Both the position numbers and the translations under genes were made by a program. The notes below the pieces were generated by a model that was not told the DNA's origin, ran no database searches, and saw only the letters and a list, made by a program, of their open reading frames with translations. A DNA stretch of 62,855 bases, counting the filler. It is 10 parts of 10 records of this genome, joined end to end, with 100 filler letters (N's around TTAATTAATTAA, not from the genome) between each part and the next. Parts side by side here need not be neighbours in the genome. Positions count along the whole stretch, not along the records: positions 46,604 to 60,701 come from SRR11831586_129; positions 60,802 to 62,855 come from SRR11831586_136; 8 more parts are not named here. One strand, given 5' to 3'. The stretch's first letter is position 1; each line of letters begins with the position of its first letter. This document shows positions 57,974 through 62,855 of the stretch, one piece after another.

Positions 57974-59299
57974 TTAAACCCGGCTACCCCACAAATCGTA
58001 CTCATCGGCGTGCTCGACTTTCACACGCAGGATATCACCCGGCTTAACGTTGGTTTCACCATTGAGATAAACCGCGCCGTCGATTTCCGGTGCATCTGCC
58101 ATGCTGCGACCAATCGCGCCTTCTTCGTCCACTTCGTCGATAATCACCAGAATTTCACGGCCCACTTTCTCTTGCAGGCGCTCGGCGGAAATCTGCTGCT
58201 GCAGCTGCATGAAACGGTTCCAGCGTTCTTCTTTAACTTCTTCCGGAACCTGGTCAGGCAGGGCATTGGCGTCTGCACCTTCAACCGGGCTGTATTTAAA
58301 GCAGCCAACGCGATCCAGACGCGCTTCTTTCAGGAAGTCGAGTAGCATCTGGAAATCTTCTTCTGTCTCGCCAGGGAAGCCGACAATAAAGGTTGAGCGT
58401 AGGGTCAGTTCCGGGCAGATTTCGCGCCACTGTTTGATGCGCGCCAGTTGGCGATCTACAGAACCCGGACGCTTCATCAGTTTGAGAATGCGCGGGCTGG
58501 CGTGCTGCAACGGAATGTCCAGATACGGCAGGATTTTGCCTTCTGCCATCAGTGGGATGACGTCGTCCACATGCGGATAAGGGTAAACGTAGTGCAGACG
58601 TGTCCAGATCCCCAGTTTCGATAACTGTTCGCACAGGCTGACCATGCTGGTTTTTACCGGCTCGCCGTTGTGGAAGCCAGTACGATGTTTAACATCAACG
58701 CCATAGGCGGAAGTATCCTGCGAGATCACCAGAATCTCTTTAACGCCCGCATCTACCAGACGTTTCGCTTCACTTAACACTTCGCCAATCGGACGGCTCA
58801 CCAGGTCGCCGCGCATAGACGGAATAATGCAGAAGGTGCAGCGGTGATTACAGCCTTCAGAAATTTTCAGATAGGCATAATGACGCGGCGTCAGTTTCAC
58901 ACCTTGTTCTGGCACCAGGCTCAGGAATGGGTTGTGTTTCGGTTTTGGCACGTAGTGATGAACGTGCTCCAGAACCTGCTCATAGCTATGAGGCCCGGTG
59001 ATTTCCAGCACTTTCGGGTGGACTTCGCGGATCTGATCTTCTTTTGCCCCCAGACAACCGGTCACAATAACCTTGCCGTTTTCATTCAACGCTTCACCAA
59101 TGGCTTCCAGTGATTCTTGTACCGCGCTGTCAATAAAGCCGCAGGTGTTGACGATCACCATGTCCGCATCGTCATAGCTCGGTACCACGTCATAACCTTC
59201 AGTGCGGAGTTCGGTGAGAATACGCTCTGAATCAACAAGGTTTTTCGGACAGCCAAGGGAAACAAAGCCGATTTTCGGCTGGGGAGTTACTTTGCTCAT
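57974..59299 (-). CDS. rimO: Ribosomal protein S12 methylthiotransferase
   Basis: 441 aa; SLGCPKN, radical [15 protein letters not shown] domain. Confidence 0.97.
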
Positions 59300-59511
59300 A
59301 GCTTAAAAAATATTCAGTTACAGGAAAGGTCAGGGCAGGGATTCTACAGAGTTCTGGATAAAATTTGTATCGCAATCTCATTCGCTGGCGGAGGCGAAGG
59401 AAATGTAAATTTTGTTAATTCGGCGTGAAGAATTGATCCTGGACAGCATTTTGCTCAAAAAATAGCCATACTATTTAATTGCAACAAGGCTGGGAAGAGG
59501 AGGATCGAAGT

Positions 59512-59895
59512 ATGTTCGTTGACAGACAGCGAATCGATCTGCTGAACCGGTTGATCGACGCACGCGTTGACCTCGCCGCATACGTGCAACTGAGGAAGGC
59601 AAAAGGATACATGTCCGTCAGCGAAAGCAATCATCTACGAGATAACTTTTTTAAACTGAATCGCGAACTGCACGATAAATCGCTGCGGTTGAATCTTCAT
59701 CTGGATCAGGAAGAGTGGAGTGCTCTTCATCATGCTGAAGAAGCATTAGCGACAGCCGCAGTATGTTTGATGAGTGGGCACCATGATTGCCCGACTGTTA
59801 TTACCGTCAACGCCGATAAGCTTGAAAATTGTCTGATGAGCTTAACGCTGAGTATCCAGAGCCTGCAGAAGCACGCCATGCTTGAGAAGGCCTGA
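59512..59895 (+). CDS. bssR: Biofilm regulator BssR
   Basis: 127 aa from MFVDRQRID with AGGAGG RBS. Confidence 0.93.
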   Translation: MFVDRQRIDLLNRLIDARVDLAAYVQLRKAKGYMSVSESNHLRDNFFKLNRELHDKSLRLNLHLDQEEWSALHHAEEALATAAVCLMSGHHDCPTVITVNADKLENCLMSLTLSIQSLQKHAMLEKA

Positions 59896-59900
59896 AAACT

Positions 59901-59940
59901 AAGGGGGAGAAAGCGTCTCCCCCTTCATGTTTAAGTTTTT
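59901..59940 (+). terminator. Terminator after bssR
   Basis: AAGGGGGAGA-aagcg-TCTCCCCCTT followed by T-rich sequence. Confidence 0.7.
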
Positions 59941-60005
59941 GTAAAAATGAATTTGTTATCTCCTCCACTGACTACGCTTTAAGCCAGAGTCAATCCGGAG
60001 GCGTT

Positions 60006-60701
60006 ATGCATCGACAATCCTTTTTCCTTGTGCCCCTTATTTGTCTTTCTTCCGCTCTCTGGGCGGCTCCTGCAACGGTAAATGTCGAAGTACTGCAAGA
60101 CAAACTCGACCATCCCTGGGCACTGGCCTTTTTACCCGATAATCACGGTATGTTAATCACTCTGCGCGGCGGCGAGTTGCGTCACTGGCAAGCAGGAAAA
60201 GGATTATCTGCGCCGCTTTCCGGAGTTCCGGACGTTTGGGCGCACGGGCAGGGCGGCCTGCTGGACGTGGTTTTAGCGCCTGATTTTGCTCAGTCTCGCC
60301 GCATCTGGTTAAGTTATTCCGAAGTTGGCGATGATGGCAAAGCCGGAACTGCTGTGGGTTATGGCCGCTTAAGTGATGATCTCTCAAAAGTGACCGACTT
60401 CCGCACCGTCTTTCGCCAGATGCCAAAACTGTCTACCGGCAACCATTTTGGCGGGCGGCTGGTATTCGACGGTAAAGGTTATCTTTTTATTGCTCTGGGC
60501 GAAAACAATCAGCGCCCGACGGCGCAGGATCTGGATAAATTACAGGGCAAACTGGTGCGTCTGACCGACCAGGGCGAAATCCCGGATGATAATCCTTTTA
60601 TAAAGGAATCCGGTGCGCGCGCCGAGATCTGGTCTTATGGCATTCGTAATCCGCAAGGAATGGCGATGAATCCGTGGAGTAATGCACTGTGGCTGAATGA
60701 A
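60006..60701 (+). CDS. yliI: PQQ-dependent aldose sugar dehydrogenase (3' truncated)
   Basis: HPWALAFLP, GQGGLLDV, HFGGRL, YGIRNPQG. Confidence 0.95.
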
Positions 60702-60801
60702 NNNNNNNNNNNNNNNNNNNNNNNNNNNNNNNNNNNNNNNNNNNNTTAATTAATTAANNNNNNNNNNNNNNNNNNNNNNNNNNNNNNNNNNNNNNNNNNN
60801 N
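60702..60801. other. Artificial contig linker
   Basis: N44-TTAATTAATTAA-N44. Confidence 0.99.
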
Positions 60802-62822
60802 TGCATGCCATCCACAACGATGTCCTACACACACGCACACACAGATACAGACAGACACAAACACACACACAGACACAAAGGAACGTGCAAGGATCATGAG
60901 TATGCATTCACACACATACGGACATATTTTCCACACACAGGCACAAAGTCATACAGTATGCACACATAGCATAACATCGCGCAACTTTTACGCAGTAACA
61001 CATTCACACACAGGAAAAATGCACACCTGCACAACGCCTCCGCGCTCGCGTCCTGACTTGATAAACAGTCCGTTACCGGTTAGTCGCATCGTGTTATTTC
61101 GGAGAGTCACATTGTGCACACCTCCACCCGTCTCACTAATTTGCGCAGAGTGTTAAAAGAAAACATACACAGACACACACAAACAATGTCAAAGAAACGA
61201 AGCACGCACACGACCTACACACTCACACATACATACACACTCACACGCACATACACGCACATACACGCACACACACACACCTCCCGATCGCTAATCCGTT
61301 CCCCGGCCCGAACACGTTGTTTTCCACCACAATATTCTGTGAGGGCACACCAAACGCCACCCCTGCCTCATCCCAACCGCTCTTGATTGCAATGTTGTCA
61401 TCTGCCCACATTTTGTCAGTATATGCATGCGCGGTGTAGTGGCAAAAACGACGAGACGAAGAACCACTAGCGGGTATGCGACAAGATATGTACTTGTAAA
61501 ATGTTGAAAGATGAGTCTACTGACAATGACATAAAATCTAATACAAACGAAAAATACAGAAAGTAATAACAGCTGTTGGACAGACCCGACCATTGTGCAA
61601 CGCACGCTTCATATAACAAATTCGTATACAGAACAACAACTCGCAGCACAGCCAGCACATACGCACTTGCTCTGTATGTAAGGACGCGGCAGACACCCAC
61701 GTGTCAATCTGCGAACATATAACAACACACACGCAACATACCGCCACACTGGATCACGTTATTGGCGATATAAACCATGTTGCTAGAATCGGGGTCAATA
61801 CCGTCCGTGTTGGCTACCAGCGGGTTGAGAATGTGACAGTTGGTAACACGTACATTTTCGCAGTACACGGGGTGTACGGTCCAGAAGGGACTACAGAACA
61901 AGCAAAGTGAATCTTAGATCGATACACGCAGACACAGACACGCACAACAAGCACGCGTCATACTCGCATACTCCCTCGCTCATTCACTTATACACTAGCA
62001 CAGTGTCACGCACTCACACACTCACGCACATATACACAGATACAGTCACATGAAATAAGCAATGACGCGTATCGATGCAGCTAAAGGCTGCACGCACAAC
62101 AACAACGCGTGTGTGCAACTCAAATGTCAGTAGACGATCACTTGCGATCAGATGTATTACCATAGCGTTCAAGAAACACAAACAGAAACAGATGACGAAT
62201 GCATGTATCTAGAGAGTGTGTGTGAAGAGACACAGAAAGAAGCAAACACCGCGCTACCTGTTTTTGAATGTCATGTTATCGATGACGATGTTGGTGCCGT
62301 ACTGAACCTCAAGCAAACCAGGGCGCGTGCAGTTCAGCTACAATAGCAAACACAACACACACACACACGTACACACATACACACTGCGTCAGGCTTATGG
62401 ATTTTCAAACTCCGCTACGAGCGATATCCCGTACATCAACCGCGAGCACAAACAGTGAATGATACGTGTAACTCGTATACACTGAACAACTAACACCGAC
62501 ACCTGAGCTGGTATCCACAGAGCAACGCACAAACGTTCTCTAGGACAGTACATACAGCACATTTATACACGAATACATATGCTATGAACGTACCATGCCC
62601 TGATCATGCCATGTGTACCACTCTTGTCCCTGTCCGTCAATCACACCACCACCTGCCAGCACAACACACCGCCACACACATAACACACACGTAGTAATAC
62701 ATTTACACGGACACATACACATGCACATACAAACGTGTAGATACGCACGAATGACAGCGTCAGCGAACAGCGTGTGACACTGCAACAACGCATACATACC
62801 TGTGAAAGTCAGATCGGTAACA
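60802..62822 (-). CDS. Intron-containing eukaryotic GH28 (polygalacturonase-like) gene, partial at both ends
   Basis: Exons 62822-62800, 62652-62594, 62337-62258, 61890-61742, 61401-61281, 61135-61027, 60824-60802; all six introns are GT..AG and in phase; product contains IDGQG, RP, NSPFW, NTDGID, GDDNIAIKSG, AIGSE, IKS..RGG. Confidence 0.92.
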
Positions 62823-62855
62823 CTGAGGACATACACACACACACACACACACACA
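60825..62855. repeat. Dispersed imperfect (CA)n/(TG)n microsatellite tracts confined to introns
   Basis: Examples at 60826-60876, 61215-61280, 62350-62383 and 62833-62855. Confidence 0.9.

Noticed and set aside
60896-61386. His/Thr-rich ORFs (60896, 61114) and Cys/Val-rich ORFs as metal-binding peptides
   Set aside because: They are translations of intronic (CA)n/(TG)n tracts
60006-62855. Horizontal transfer junction between E. coli yliI and eukaryotic DNA
   Set aside because: The two are separated by an artificial linker, so there is no evidence of physical linkage
60825-62855. CA-rich segments alternating with unique sequence as a CRISPR-like or telomeric array
   Set aside because: There is no fixed repeat unit or spacing; the unique blocks are GH28 exons bounded by AG and GT

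Overview
This window is not contiguous DNA. It is ten unrelated contigs joined by nine identical 100-nt linkers (44 N + TTAATTAATTAA + 44 N). Contigs 1-9 (1..60701) are Escherichia coli K-12-type chromosome pieces: tcyL-dcyD-fliAZY; yfcL-epmC-yfcA-mepA-aroC-prmB; pspA-pspF-puuEBC; nanCMS plus KpLE2 (yjhR, topAI-yjhQP, sgc); polA-yihGF; relA-mazEFG-pyrG; hldE-glnE-ygiF-ygiM-cca; sbcB-yeeDE-plaP; moeA-iaaA-gsiABCD-pdeI-dgcI-rimO-bssR-yliI. Five single-base indels, all in short homopolymer runs (pspA, nanC, yeeD, yeeE, pdeI), look like pyrosequencing-type errors. Contig 10 (60802..62855) is eukaryotic. On the minus strand I could splice by hand 7 exons and 6 GT-AG, (CA/TG)n-rich introns, all in phase, encoding part of a GH28 polygalacturonase-like protein whose catalytic Asp residues are intact but whose substrate-binding motifs are altered. 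The most notable features missed by the ORF track are this spliced gene and a decayed sulfur-binding-domain (phosphorothioate-dependent restriction enzyme-like) fragment lying tail-to-tail with the helicase-PLD remnant yjhR, which suggests a fossil defence locus. I found no intact novel multi-gene system. Gene names and reference comparisons come from recognition and memory, not from database searches.
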